Source: Setoptus koraiensis (Eukaryota; Animalia; Arthropoda). From it: a DNA stretch of 64,000 nt. Of the stretch, positions 1-14,080 are shown piece by piece. Made by a program: the position numbers and the translations under genes. The notes below the pieces were generated by a model. That model was not told where the DNA came from. It saw only the letters and a list, made by a program, of their open reading frames with translations, and did no database searches. Numbering within the stretch: position 1 is the stretch's first letter; each line of letters begins with the position of its first letter. Where the stretch lies: contig CM106585.1 in the NCBI GenBank assembly GCA_048013815.1, positions 7,192,001 through 7,256,000 on the forward strand, given 5' to 3'.

Positions 1-1736
1 GATATGAAACGCAGTTACGTAAGCGCCAGATAGAGAGTAGACATTGAGTAGAGAGGCCAACATGAGGCGAGCAAGTGGCGCTAATGCTGTTACAATGCAA
101 ACTGAACAATATAAACCGAAGCGAGTCGGCCAGCGACGGCCAACAAGTGGATCGCTGGCGCGCTAATTGGGTTTGCGTGTCCGCTCGGGCGCGGCGCCCG
201 AGCCAATAGGACTGATGTGCGTGCCAGTGTCTTTGTACGCACTAAAAACTATAAAACCACTTTGCCGGCCAGAGCCAGTCATTGGTCGGGCCACTCGTCG
301 AGCTCGTCGGGCTCGTCGGGCTCGTCGGACGGGGCCACCGTTTGGCGCCGCCGTCGCCAGCGCATCCGATAATGGGCCGGTCTCTCAGCGAATTCTCGTG
401 CGCCGCTGTGCATTTAGCAGAGCGCTGCGATAATAGACCAATAGTCCATCGCACGAATCGTTTATATCTGGCGATCGAATCGCTCTCGATTATAACTCAA
501 ACTCTCGCTTATGTGGCCGCTCGGCCACACGGGATTACGGCCGTTGTGTGTCTGACAAATAAACGATATTTTAAACGAAATGCGATCAATAATGCGAGTG
601 TTGTTAACACTCGTTGTTGGCTTGATGATGTGGGCTGCCGGCCAATCATGATGGATTGGCCGACTTGTTGCACGCAGCGGCAGCGCGTGAGCAGTGGTCA
701 CTCGCTGCGCCGTTGTCCGGTCCAGTTTGGCGCAATTTTGGCGCAATTCGTTGAGCCGGCCGGCCGGCCGGTTGGTCAGCCCGGTCAGGTGGTGGGGCCA
801 CTTGCACTTGTTGTTGTTGTTGTTGTCGTTGATAACTTGTCAACTTGTGCACTATTTAGTGCGCCATTATTTGCTGTACGCCGGCTGACAGCTTGTCGGC
901 CGGCGCGCCACAACAGTGACAGGCAGGCTAGTTACGTAAGCATTGCGTGCCGCATTTTGGTCTGTTTGTTTGTTTGTTGCGCGACGACCATACAAGAGCC
1001 ACTGAATGAGCCATCATACATGCGACCAATGGTGAATGGTCAACTTTGGAGCAAAAGGGCCAGCCCATTGAGCGACACAAGTGACCATTGACATAGTCAG
1101 TGTGGCGTGCTGTTGACACACACATTCAAACAACAAGCGATGACACAACAACAAACAACAATTTGCGGCAACTATTGCGTAAGCTCATTAATTAATATCT
1201 GCCAGTTGCTCTTAATGATGGCCGGTTGGATGGCATTGTTTCTTTGTCATGCGACGGTGGCCCGGACATTCCGTGCTTGTGTGTGGTCCGAATGCTGCGA
1301 CTCTCTCAAAGGTCAGCCACTGACCACTCACTGTACGAGACATTGCCGGACAGCCGGATTATGGTTGCAGTGGCCGAGAGATGGATGCCATTTCCATCAC
1401 ACACACGACACACACACACACACACCGTCTATGTAATGTTCTTATAGCGTGAGCCGTATAATTTATCCCCCGCGCCACAACCAGAGAGATGCACACTGTC
1501 GGCACGCATCTCTCGTTGTGGCGGCGCTCGTTGCGCAATCGCCGGCTAACCGGCGATTCTCGATAACAACTAACTCGATAACAGCATTAATAACTTTGAC
1601 CATTGGTCACTTGCAACAAGCAACGAGCACCGATAAGTGATAGTATCAACAGAAGAGTGTAAATAATAAATCATCATTCTCTCTTTTCATCATACTCATT
1701 TTCGCCAACATGCATTATTATGCATCATTGGCGCAG

Positions 1737-2101
1737 GACCCGGTCACTGGTTCGACCCCGACCAGTTGGTCATCGGCGACTACGGTCTCAGCAAGGATCA
1801 GGCCCAGGCTCAGATGGCCATTTGGTCTATTTGGTCGGCCCCATTGTATATGAGCAACGATTTGCGCGACATTGATCCCGATATGCGCAACATTCTGTTG
1901 AATAGGCACGTTTTAGCCATTAATCAGGACGATCTGGGCCTGTTCGGATTGATGGTGCAAGACAAGCGCTCCATTCAGGTGTACGCAAAAACAATCAGAA
2001 ACACAAACAGCAGCTCGCCTGGCCAACCGTTGGACGAGCCCTGTCAGCGGGCCTACGCAATCGTCTATTTCAACAGGAACACGCTGGGCAACGCGCGTCT
2101 C
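1737..2101 (+). CDS. NAGA: GH27 alpha-N-acetylgalactosaminidase / alpha-galactosidase A, internal exon (upstream exons not found in window)
   Basis: Translates GPGHWFDPDQLVIGDYGLSKDQAQAQMAIWSIWSAPLYMSNDLR...INQDDLG, matching the GH27 GPGHWNDPDML...APLxMSxDLR...INQDxLG signature. Acceptor gcgcag| at 1736, donor CTC|gtaagt at 2101/2102. NAGA versus GLA cannot be resolved because the specificity loop is upstream. Confidence 0.92.
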
Positions 2102-4156
2102 GTAAGTACACACCAACCCCAAATCCCAACAACAACATCTCTATTTGTTACCAGCTGATTTGTTACCAGCTGATTTGTTGTCAGCCGATTTGTTATCAGC
2201 TGGTTTGTCACGCTGCTGTCACAGCGCCAACAATTGGCCCCCAAGTCACTGTTGTTCCCATGTTGTGTTGGTCGCGACACCTTGCGAGCTAAGCTGGCTG
2301 GCTGGCAAGGTCGTTGACTTTCGTTGGCGTCCAGTTTTGCCGCATATGTCGCACAATTTGTCAGTTTGTCGTGGTCTGTTTGTAAGTCGGTCTGTTGTTG
2401 CTGACGCGCCGGTGGTCATTCCATGCCGATGCATAATTAGCTGGCCATTTTAATTAGCCGACCACTGGAGAGCAACAACAATAGCGCACACTTGATGAGC
2501 TTAATTGGTGGCGAGTCAATTGTTTTGTGCCACTTGTTTCATGCCACAAGCACTGTGTGCGATCTATCGACAACAAATACACGTCGTGTGCGGCTATTCC
2601 ATTGTGGGCCGACCGGATGGGTGCCCACAATGGTCCAATAAGCGTCCAACGTTGAGTGATCCAACGAGAAAAACAAACACCGCAAATGGACGCAAATGAA
2701 ATAAGTCGACTTAGTTGTGAGTGACGATGGTATGTATGACCGGGTATAAATAGACAACGGTCACGACAAGTGGCCAGTTGCAACTTTTGATTGTGCCAAT
2801 TGTGCACAACAATGATGCCTCATGCCAACGATGACAATGACAACAATTTGTTTGTTTGTTTGTTTGTCTGTTTGTTTGTTTGGTCACGTTCCATTTAATG
2901 AGCGCAGCACGGCTAATATAGCTAGTGTGGCCCAAAAGCGACCACCAGCGCTCAATTGAGTGAGCTTGCTGGCGTGCGGGGGCCACTTTTGGCTATTTGT
3001 AGTGGTCAGCGTGATCATGCAAGCGACACTCATCAATCAGTGGCGTCGTTATCGTGCGTCACCAGCGACACTTGTGTCAACCCTTGCGACTGAGCCAATC
3101 CATTCACAATTGTTTAGCAGCCAATGAGCGATGACCGGCCCGCTCAATCATCATCACGCGAGTCATCACTGACTGAACCCATCTCAACAAAACTGTTGTG
3201 AGTGCAACGGAATTCAATCAGCGATCGCCATAAATCACAAACCCAACAATGCATTGCCAAGGGCACCTGTTTAGAGCACTTGTTGCTGGCCTCCACTGCG
3301 CTGGCCTCCACTAATCCACACGCCGACCATGAGCGGTCACCAGTGGCCGCTGTGATTGGTGGTCAGCCTGCCCGTTGGCCAGTGATTGAGCAATTGAGCG
3401 ATTGAGCCACTCGAGCAACTGTCACATGTCAGCTGACAACTGTCAATCAGTGACTCTAGCGGCCATTATTGCCGCTATTGCCGGCTCTCGGCCATTCGCG
3501 AATCGCGATAGCCAATCTGTCAGTATGTGGTCATGGGAATTGAAAATAATGCTGCCACTAGGAGCCTCTGCAGAGCTCCAGCGAGCTCAAGCTAATCTGC
3601 TTTAATCAGCGCATTGACCCGTTGGCTAAGCTCTTTGGTTGGGCACATTTTTTAACATTTGATTTTTCACTATAAACTCACACGCGTTTTATACGCTCTG
3701 TTGTGCTGTTGAGCGCAACTTTGAACTTTGTCCAGCAGGAGTCCGTTTGTGCGCATATGTCGCCGCAACTTTGTTACACAATAGCGCCCTCTCTCTACAG
3801 CATCTAACTAAATTTAGTGTTACACAATTTGGGACACAATTTTGCACTAATAAAGCAGCCGAAGCAAGTGTATTAGCAAGCATTTGGGTGTTTTCAGCCT
3901 AATTATTATTATTATATGCATAATTATTATTTTACTTTATTCGCAACACACAGCCATTAATTAGTACTCATAAGTCACTGTTGAGATGCTATTAATGTAT
4001 TGTGCTTCCACTATTAATGGCTCGCTTGCTGGCAAGATTAATTAACATGCAACTAATACACTTAATATTGTCTTGTGATTGCTCCAACTATTGTGTCACT
4101 TTGCTGTCAACTGGCAATCGCTGTCAACTGACAATCGCTGTCGTGTTTGCGAACAG

Positions 4157-4459
4157 GCCTCATTCCCACTGAAGGATATACTCTCCAAGGCGCCCCTCGT
4201 CGAGGTGCACAGAGTTGCCGATGGCGACGACGACAGGAACTTTAATCAAATTATGCCAGACAGGATAGCAAGCAACAGTGTAATGGATAAGCTGCAAACG
4301 AACCGGCCTACGTGTCGCCTCGAGACGCTCACCTATAAAGTGTACGATTTGTTCGACGAGGCCAAGCTATTGTTCGCCGATTTGCCCTATAATGGATATC
4401 TTAATTTGCGCGTCAATTTGAGCGGAGTTCGCATGGTGAAACTGGTGCCCAACGTTTGA
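4157..4459 (+). CDS. NAGA: GH27 enzyme terminal exon (C-terminal beta-sandwich)
   Basis: Acceptor gaacag| at 4156 is phase 0, compatible with the phase-0 donor at 2101 (2055-nt intron). Ends YKVYDLF...LNLRVNLSGVRMVKLVPNV*, resembling the NAGA/GLA C-terminus (VxxNPSGVVM/TV). Confidence 0.87.
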   Translation, partial: ASFPLKDILSKAPLVEVHRVADGDDDRNFNQIMPDRIASNSVMDKLQTNRPTCRLETLTYKVYDLFDEAKLLFADLPYNGYLNLRVNLSGVRMVKLVPNV

Positions 4460-4727
4460 ATAATGTGTCCCTATGAGTCGCTACCAAGACACACAATCAC
4501 TATACTATTACACAATACTGATACAACTGAACTGAATGATACACATAAAAATTGTAGCAGCGGCAGCGGTCCTAATTAGGAGCTAATTACAGTGCGCAAC
4601 AATCAAGACGACGTATCAAATTATGGTCATTGTTGTCTTATACAGTATATTGTCTCATGCAGTCGTTGGCCAGTCAGCTGGCCGTCAACTGGCGACCATA
4701 AAGTGTAACACGATTTGCTACTTGATA

Positions 4728-4733
4728 AATAAA
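4728..4733 (+). terminator. Candidate polyadenylation signal of the GH27 gene
   Basis: AATAAA about 270 nt after the stop codon; the motif is common in AT-rich DNA, so support is weak. Confidence 0.3.
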
Positions 4734-7700
4734 TGATAATAACACAACATAATAAATGAGAAACATTGTTCAGTATAAACAAACGCATGAGCAGTCGCAC
4801 ATTGGACCATATAAAAATAAATACACTATATAATATAATCACTTGCCACTTGTTGTTGATTCATCGGTGTGTGTGTTTTTGTCTCGTCCCGTCGTCGTCA
4901 TCTCTTGAGCGTTCTGTCGTGGTCGTCGCCGACAACGACGACAACCGACAACGACGACAACCGACAACGACAATTACCGACTTTAGTGGCGGTGACGGGC
5001 TTGTTTGCACGCTCATCGCCGGCTGCCCCTCGCCAAATAATGGCAGAGATGATGCTCGAAATGATGCCAGAGATAGCGCCCGAAACAATGTCGCCTCCAA
5101 AGACGTTGAGACGATTCTCGAGGCCAGTCTGGCTGGCATTGGAACATCGCGAGCGCGATCACTTTTTATGGCGTCCGAGATGAACATTTTACAGTCTTGA
5201 CCAACCATCATTATTAAGTATCACAAGCTGGCAAACAAAGTGTTCGGCTCGTTTGAGCTAATTGCAAACAATCAGCAAAAAATATACATGTACATGCTCG
5301 CAGTTTATGTAATTGTTTTGTTTGGCTACCGGCAGCTGCTGTTTATACAAGCAAGCAAGCAAGCGACCAACAAACAAACAAACAAACAAACTATACACAC
5401 TATGATTCACATGCAATATGACGGCTATATGAGCCAGCATAGACAGACAATATCGCACTGTTTGGGTGCCACTGCAACACTTGTGTCACAAGCGACCGTG
5501 AGCAGCAACAAGTGCGGCTCGGCATCACGCTGACCGTGGCCATCGTGTGTGATTATGTAATTGATGACAATTAATCATGGCCACTGTTGTCGCTGGTCGG
5601 TGCTCTTGTCTCACACCGGTGACGTTGTTGCGCTTGTTAGCCGATGATTAATTGTTGTTCGTCTTGGTATTGTTGTCGGTGTTGTTGTCGTTGTTGTTGT
5701 GCCGGCCACCAACGGCATCAGCTGCCGATCAGTGGCGACTGGCGGCAACAGCAGCAGCAGCAGTTGCCCAGAGCAAGCAACAACAGGCAACAGCAACAAA
5801 GCGTAAAAAACGAAACAACAACAACAACAAAAGACGTGTGTATCTAATTAAAGCAGCAAACAATCAGATAAGAACAACAATTAGCTTTTAGCGCTTGCCT
5901 ATCGCTTGTCGCCACTTGCGCCACTATCACAGGCTATCACAGGTTGTGCTGCCGGCCACTGCAACAAGCTGCCCTAACAACTGTGAGCTAACAACAACAA
6001 TCATTGGCTGGCTGTTTGTGTTGCGTCAGACGCAATTTACAACGGCGCTTCGCTCACGGTAATTAGTGGGCCGATTTGTTCATTTTGCGAGTGGCGAGGG
6101 TGGCGCGACAGGTAGCCGCGCTCACGTTATTGCTGGCAACGGCGCTCCTTCTTTCGCCACCAACAGTGGCGCACTTAATGGCCGATAGGTGTCCAGTGAG
6201 CCGACACACACTCTGCAGCGAGTTATTGTGTTGTCTGTTTGGGGTTTGTGGGCCCCATTGTAAATGTTGCCAGTGTTACAGTGTCAGTTTACAATGTTAG
6301 TTTAAAATGGGGCCCGTTCTGTGGGCAGCATTTTGCGCGCAGATGTGGCGCAGTTTGTACAGCACAAACTGCGCCACACAAACTAAATAAATTTATTCGA
6401 GATGAGAGCACCCTCGTGGCGCGACCAAGAACGAAATGTTGTGGCGCGAGGTGGCCCGCTACGTAGCGCGCGTTCGCGGTTATATCGTTCGGGCCGCATT
6501 TGGCGGCATCTGGCGGCTGGCAACTGGCGGCGGCGGGCAGTCAGTTGGCAAGTCCGCCAGCAGTGCACAATTAGCAAAAAGCAGCACAGCAAAAACACGA
6601 CAAGTGCCAAGTAAGGCGCCGGGGATCCCATGGCGAGCTTGGCGACTTTGGTGTAGAGTGCGCGCGCAATGTGTGCAAATGGCAACAAAGTATAAGTAAG
6701 TGGCGAGCCAATTTGTTGTCGCTGGAACCGCTACTGGCTGCCAGTAGCGACTGGCAAGCCGAGTGAGCGACTTTCGGCTAGCGGTGCTGGCCGATGATGT
6801 TACATGACTACTATGTTACAACTTCAGTTATGTCGTCGTGCCAGAAATAAAACTAGCGATTGCAGGCGATTGCAGACGATGAAAAATAGAAACGAGCGAA
6901 TAAAAAACAAAGTGAAATAAAAAGTATAACAGTAGTGCGCTGTAGAGAGCGCATGTTGTTGTTGGTGTCGCTGTTGTTGGTGTCGCTGTTGTTGGTGCCG
7001 CTGTTGTTGTTGTCGTCGCCGTGGTTGTCGTGGTTGTCGGCGTCGTCGTCGTCGTCGTCGTCGTTTCAATGCTAGACGATGACGTCACCAATGACGAGCG
7101 GTGTGATAATAACAGTATCTCATCTCATAATGTATCGACAAACACACACAAATTCATCGCTAGCAGATCAACATGACAAACATTGCAAATATCACACAAA
7201 CAACACGCACACAAGCAACGCCAGTGTGTCTGTTGCTGGTGATATATGGATACTTATACATACTATTGGCACTGGCAATAGTATGTATAAGTATCCATAT
7301 ATCCAGTCAGCCAGCCAGCCAGCCGCACATTGCCAGCCAAACAAACAGCGCCATTGACAATAATCGTGTCGTATCGTTTAGTATCATCGAGCCGGATTGT
7401 TTGTCAGCGCCACTAGCGAGCACCACGATTATTGTCCCTCTGTCGACAACATTATCGTTGGTATTAGCTATTACTATTATTACTATTATTATTATTATTA
7501 TCGCTATCGTTATTGTGACAATATAGTGCCGATCCAGATGACGACCATTCCAATGATTCATCATCTATCTCTAATTGATTGAGTTGGCTCCTTTCTGCCC
7601 ATCCGCTCATCAAATCGCTCGCAATCGATCGGCAGCAATCGTGAGCTGGCACAGTTGTGTCGCCGTTGTTATTTACGACTCGACACGACTCGACGCAACG

Positions 7701-10700
7701 ACAATGCAGCCCATTCCGCCGATCCAATTATATCCATTTCCATCATTTATTTTCCATCGGCGTGCGCGTCTGGCAAGTCGTCGAGTTGTCACTAGCTGCC
7801 CGTTGAACACACTTGAACACACAGTTTCTGCCCAGCGCCAGACAAACGCCAGACGACAGCACAAAATCGGACAGTTTCCGGAAGTTGACAGTCGCGCCAC
7901 TTGATCGAAAGTCAGCGCCGTATTGTGCGCTAACAATTTGTGAGTCACCTTGAGTGCAGCCATAAATATCCACCGGTGAATATCTACGTATTATATTATA
8001 AGTGTGCCGGCACTTGTGCGCGGCTCGCAAATACCCCGCGGCACAGCCAATCAGCGGCACAGTCAATCAACGTGAATCAGCGTAGTTGTGGGCGTGTGTG
8101 CTCCAATTAAATTCTTATACTTTTGCACACTTGACGATTAATAAACCGGGCGGCCCGGTTGCACACGCAACGCGGTTATTCATCGGTGAATACTCACAAT
8201 ACAACGCAAATATTCATCACAATATCGCGGACATTGTGCCAGTGTCCGTGAATACACTGGCCAACAGTTGTAACTTACAACTTGTAAGCTACAGTCGTAA
8301 TCTCAAGTGCAACTGTATTCACGGACACCACCAAAAATATCACGATCAAAATATTCATGAATACTTGGTTCAATTGGTGCAGGTGAACGAGAAACTGCAA
8401 TGAGAGAGTCGCTTGGCGAGACACAAGTCTTGGCGAGCCGCACAAGCTGGTTAAATAGACTTTTGGCTAGCAACATGCACTAACAAGTAAGTAATGTGAT
8501 GCGCGTGACGCAATGCAGTGCAAAACCCGAACGACAGTATAAAGTTTGTGAGTTTCGGGCAGACCCACGCGCGGGTGCGATGAGAATATCTGCTCGTTTG
8601 TTTGTTTGGGCGCGATCATCGATAGACATTGTGCGAGCTAGTCAATTAGCCGACAGTCGCTTGTTTGTCGCTCGCTCAATGTCAAGTGATTCAATTCAAA
8701 CTAATCAACTGGGTCTGTCTGATTGTCTGTGAGTCGTTATCTCTGTCGATACGAATGAAACATTGTGTTTAAACGATACATATAGCCGGTTACAGTAAAC
8801 GAACAGATAATTGCTATTGATTAGTTGTCTCATACACGAGATTAATCGCGATATGATTATTATATCCTCAATATATGATTGTTATACTGGGGATTAGCCT
8901 AGAATAAGTACGAAAAGGATTAGAGTAGCAGCAGCCGCAGCGATTGTGATTGGCTAGTCACCTAGACTCTCCAGATCAAGTGCAACTATCGTCGTTTGCA
9001 GGGCCAATAGTGATAGTGATAACGATGTTTACTATCACTACTGCTGCTCACACAACTGACAAACAAACAAACAAACAAACAGATAAACTATAAATAGTCT
9101 ATCGAAACTGTCACACACTTTATACAGTTTGTAGCGTCTCTACATGTTGCGGCAAACAAACAATAAGGAAACGCCAATTCAATCACTTTTTTGCACTAAC
9201 AATTAACGTGCCAGTTGGCGCTAAAAGTCGCCAAAAAAACATACAGTTCGCCTATTACTATTTGTTTGTTTGTTTGCCTTATCGTTTGCTGTTGTTTTTG
9301 CTCTCTCTCTCTCTCTCTCACTATATCTATTTCTCGCTTACGCAATACTTGACACTGTGCCACAGCATGACATGCAATATCCGCACAAAATGTTGTTTGC
9401 CGGCACATGCGCGCGTCCAGTCACATTCAATAGTTTAATATTTGGTATTTGCGCGACCTTTTGCAAATTACGCAACGGTGTCGGGTAATCTGTCGCCGCT
9501 CTGGGTGCCTCCGCTCAGCGTAGATATTTAGCCGCTAATATCTGGATGCTAACATCTAGATGTTAATAGATTGTCGCAGCAGTGGCCCACAATTCTGACA
9601 ACAACAATGAGAACTCTCCCACTGGCGCCAGCGACTGGCAGAGTCGGCGGACAGAGTCGGCGGGCAGAGTCGGCGGACAAGGTGCAATAATAAAATATTC
9701 ATCCCGGCATAATCAGGCCGGCGAGTAATCCAGGCATGAATCTAGATTACTTAGATTGCGACTCAGATCAAGGTGGCAGCCTGTTATTTCGTGCCCCTTT
9801 CTTGTTAACGTTCTTTTCGAGCGACCTCTGTCAGTGGACCCACAACTGAGCACAACTGATAACTGTGTCGGCCCCAGTCGAGCAATTTTGCCAGCTGTCA
9901 GACTAGTTGGCTTATTAGCGCTGACAACTAATTTTCGAGGGCCAGCCAGCCAGCCCTTTTTTGGTGCCTTGGCCCAGTGTGGCCCGGGCACCAAAAAAGG
10001 GGCCAAATTTGGCAAATTGGGCAAATTGGGCACCGCTGCTGGGCCAGGCACAAAACGTGATGTTTGTGTTGTTGGCGAGTAAGCAAATAGATAGCGTTGG
10101 GGCCCGCCAACAGCCACAACAATGGCTTACGGGCGCTTAGCTCGCGCCGGCCAGACCGGCCCGCTTGACACGAGTGACCTTCACCTGTCGGGGTCACCGG
10201 TTGCCAGGCAACTGGCATAAGGGCGCCAGATATAACGGCACAAGTGTGTGTGTGTGTGTTATTTATTGTTATGGCACAGTATCGCACAATAGTGCATTTG
10301 ATAAGCGCACGCTCACAAAACAATGACAAGAGGCCCGAACAAGTCGTGTCGCCAGCGCCCTCACCCGTTCACCTGAGCTGACCCCGGGGCCTGGGCACCA
10401 GGGGGCGTCATTATTGTCTATGTGTGTGTGCGTGTGTGTGTGCGTGTGTGTCGGTGTGCGTGTTGCCAGTGGGACTGTAAGTGTCGTGTTAGGAGTCGAT
10501 GCTGCTAATAATAGTTATAATAATATGCACGCACATGAACGCTATTCACGCATAGATGGATATTCATGGCTGCGTGTGCTTTATGGGTGCAGCGCCGGAG
10601 CAAACCGTTATTGCGCCCGAACAAACCGTTATTGCGCCATTGGCCCGACAAGCAAGCAAGCCCGCTATTGATAAATAACTGTGCACAGTCGCAAGGACGC

Positions 10701-12265
10701 ACAAGTCACAGCCAGAGTTACGTAACAGTGAGATATATCGAGGTTGTCGGTTGCGAGCAGCCGGCCAACCGACGCGCCGTTGGCCAGGCCGGCCACACCG
10801 ACGCGGCCGGCCTCGCCTACTGTCTACGGGCGGCCTTGTTGCGGCCGGTTGGGCGACGTTGCGGCCGGTTGGGCGACGGGCCGCAATTGCGGGCCGGGCG
10901 ATGTTTGCACCTTGTTGTGGGCGCAGTTGGCTGCTCGTTGTTGTGGCGATAAGCCGGCAATTAGTCTGGCGCTAGTCTGAGGCACAGTCTTGTCGAGCGG
11001 GCGCTTATCGTGTGTCCCCTTGGGCGCGCACGTTGAACTCTGCCGATGAACTCGTCGTCGTCGGCGTCGTCGGCGTCGTCGTGCAAATCGTTTAAACTGG
11101 GCAAATTTCACTTTGAGAACAGTAAAAAGTGTCGCATAAAACATGGCAACCGGCGCTATAACGTAAATGCACATTGCCAGCGACTGGCTGGCTGTGTCGA
11201 CTAGGTCGCTCGGCTGGCTGGCCAAACGGAACAATGGCTGACATGCGGATTGGCAAGGGCACAAGCTCTTGCGGCACTGACATGAGCAGCGACACAAGAG
11301 AGCTTTAGAGTGCCACATCAATGTGTATAATTTGCTTAGATTAATGAGCTTAGTTAGTGCTCGCTTCAGTATTCGTTTGTGTTTGTTGTAGATTTAATTT
11401 TTAATTTTCTCTATTTGTTTTTTATCGCTTTAGCACTGTTACGTAATCTCGTCACACTGACGATGATGTTATATTGCGACTGTCGTGTTGTGTTCATTGA
11501 GAGTTGTGTTCAGAAGCGCACACACACACACACGCACTAATTAAACACAGCTAACAGTTATGAAAATGCAGCAGCGATCACGCCGACATGAGACGACACG
11601 ACGAGATGATGTAGGCAGCAGATGATGTAAGGCCGAGATAGAGACGCCGAGATAGACGACGAGACATAGACAGCACACAGCTCAGAGACTCAGAAAGTGA
11701 GAGATAAATGGTATAAATGGCAGCAAAGATCATTATCACAATTAAGAAGCCATCCATAGGGCACCAAAGACAACACAGATATGGCGACGCATCATAGCCG
11801 ACGCATCATAGGCGACAGAGTGCGCTGCCGGGCCCCACTTGCGTAACTAACTAGCTGGCTGGCTGCTAGTTAGCGGGGCGACACTCGGCGCCAGCACGTT
11901 TCTGGGTTTGCGCTGCTGCTGCCGCTGCTGCCGCTGCTGCAATCATCAATCACCACATCACACATTTGGCTACCTCTTGGCTGGCGAGACGCCGGCTAAT
12001 GCGATCGCGTCGCGTCGCATCTCGACATTAGCAATTTGTACACTTGCAATGGCCACAACAACAGCAACAACAACAATTCTTCGTTTCGAGCTGGCAAGTC
12101 GCTCGGCTCGCGCTGCCAGTTGGTTGCGATTGCCATTTTGTCACTTTGGGTATCAGCTACTGCTAATTATCGTGGTGTCATTATCATGCTTTTATCGCGC
12201 TCTGTTCACACCCGACGGCTGTTGTCGGTCGTGAGCCGAGCATTGACAATTGCGAATTGCCAGTT

Positions 12266-12385
12266 GAGATTCGCGAATCGGCAAATGAGATTCGCGAATA
12301 GGCAAATGAGATTCGCGAATAGGCAAATGAGAGTGAAGAATCGGCAAATGAGATTGAAAAATCGAGAATCGGCAAATGAGATCCG
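12266..12385. repeat. Imperfect 21-bp tandem repeat, about 5 copies
   Basis: Unit gagattcgcgaat(c/a)ggcaaat repeated, degenerating to the right. Confidence 0.9.
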
Positions 12386-14080
12386 AGAATTGGCAGCCAA
12401 TTGACAATAACGATCCCGTTGCCGTTTGGAGCACCTTGGCGAGCGTTCGGTTAGCAAGTCGCTTGTTGCGGTCATTGCAATCACAACTGCGCGCCAATCT
12501 AGTCTATCTGTCAGTGAGGCCGACACAATTACTCATTGGCAAACACATAACAGATATGTGACAGATATGTCAGTATAACAGATTATTATTATTATCTGTT
12601 CTGTTCTGTTCTGTTGCATTATCCCTTGCTCGCCGTTTGCAAATAATACGGCCACGTTGTCGCCAGTGGGCGCTTCTCAACGCTCGGCACAATGACGGCC
12701 ATCGAGTGCAGAAATCTCATCTTTGCTCAATTGAGTCTCAAATTGATAAAAACTTGCCAAAACATGCCCATAGTCTGGCGCCCACAACAACTGCCTATCG
12801 GACTATCGGCGAATGCGCGAACTAGCAAACGAAACTGTTGGCTGAAGGCTGAATGCTGAATGGATCTGCTGGCCGACTCAATGAACTAATGATGAATGAA
12901 TTTGGCCTCGCATGCACCCCAGTCAGCAGTCGGTGCCAGTGGCTCCCGTGGCCGCCAGAGCAACTAGAGGAGCGACCGACATTGTGCAGAATAAACAAGG
13001 CACACTGATACACTGTGCAGGCCAGAGAACGCAAGCCAAAGACGCAGGAGAAGCGTTCGAATTCCTCGGCTTCGAAATTGGGCTGCCAAGTGGAACAAGT
13101 TGACAGACGAACAAAACAGACGAACATAAATCATCGCGCCACCGCCATACGCCCATACTGATAATAATAATACCCTGCTAATACATCTAACACATATATA
13201 TATATACTAACTAGCATATATATATTTATATATATAGCATATATATATATTTATATATAACGCGTTATATGCTGGTTAGTGATACTGTATCAGTTAACAA
13301 TATCAGCACTGACAATACAATTGCGCCAATGCGACACCCAACAACAGTTGCCCGAAACAACAATTCGGGTTACTTTTCAATATCCAGTTGCAGTTATTGT
13401 TTGCGCAAACAATAACTGCCCAGTCGGCCGCCGGAAGGCCATTAGAGCCATTAGGGCCATCACAGCAGCGTATTGAGTGGGCCATAATAATGATAAATAA
13501 TAATAATAAATTGCCGCGAAAAAGCCCCTCTGCTGCAGGCATAATTGTGAACGATTCGTTGAACGAATCGCACAAACCAATGACAAATGAACTCACCACG
13601 CACGCCCCCAATCCGCGAGCCCGTGAAGCTTCAGCGGAGTGTGATATTACCGGCGCAGTGAGCTGGTGCGAGGGCCCGATAAGCCCGACAGTTGCCATCA
13701 ATGATCTGGGCAGCCTCGTTGTTTCGTTGGCCCAATAAAAGATAAAAGATGACGAAAGAATCCAATGGCGCAGCTTATGGCACTCACATCGCTCGATGTG
13801 ATACGACGGCGCCACTCGAGCGCAAATCATGATGAGGGCGCCCTCTGCAATCGATGGCCGTCAAAAAGCAGTGGCTCACTGTCGGCTAGACACGCAGTCA
13901 ATCTGGAATTGATCAAATTGATTAATATTGATATCGGTGTTGGCCGACCTCTTTCCTCGGCTGGGCCGCAAATGAGCCGACCGACGGGCCGCGAATGGGG
14001 GTCGCTCGCGACCATCGCGGCCCGTCCGTCGGCCGCGCGCAGAGTAAACAGGCGCGACCTTCTGCCGTGTTCTGTGGCCT

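Noticed and set aside
6076-6300. Signal-peptide-like, Cys-rich 74-aa ORF (toxin/defensin-like look)
   Set aside because: Starts at TTG rather than ATG; the Cys come from the TGT/TGC-rich background and fit no family spacing I know.
12964-13134. Minus-strand 56-aa peptide resembling an ionotropic-receptor M3 helix (GIRTLLLRLWLAF...VYSAQCRSLL)
   Set aside because: Stops immediately, M2-M3 spacing is wrong, lacks the SYTANLAAF-type core, and no other receptor parts are nearby.
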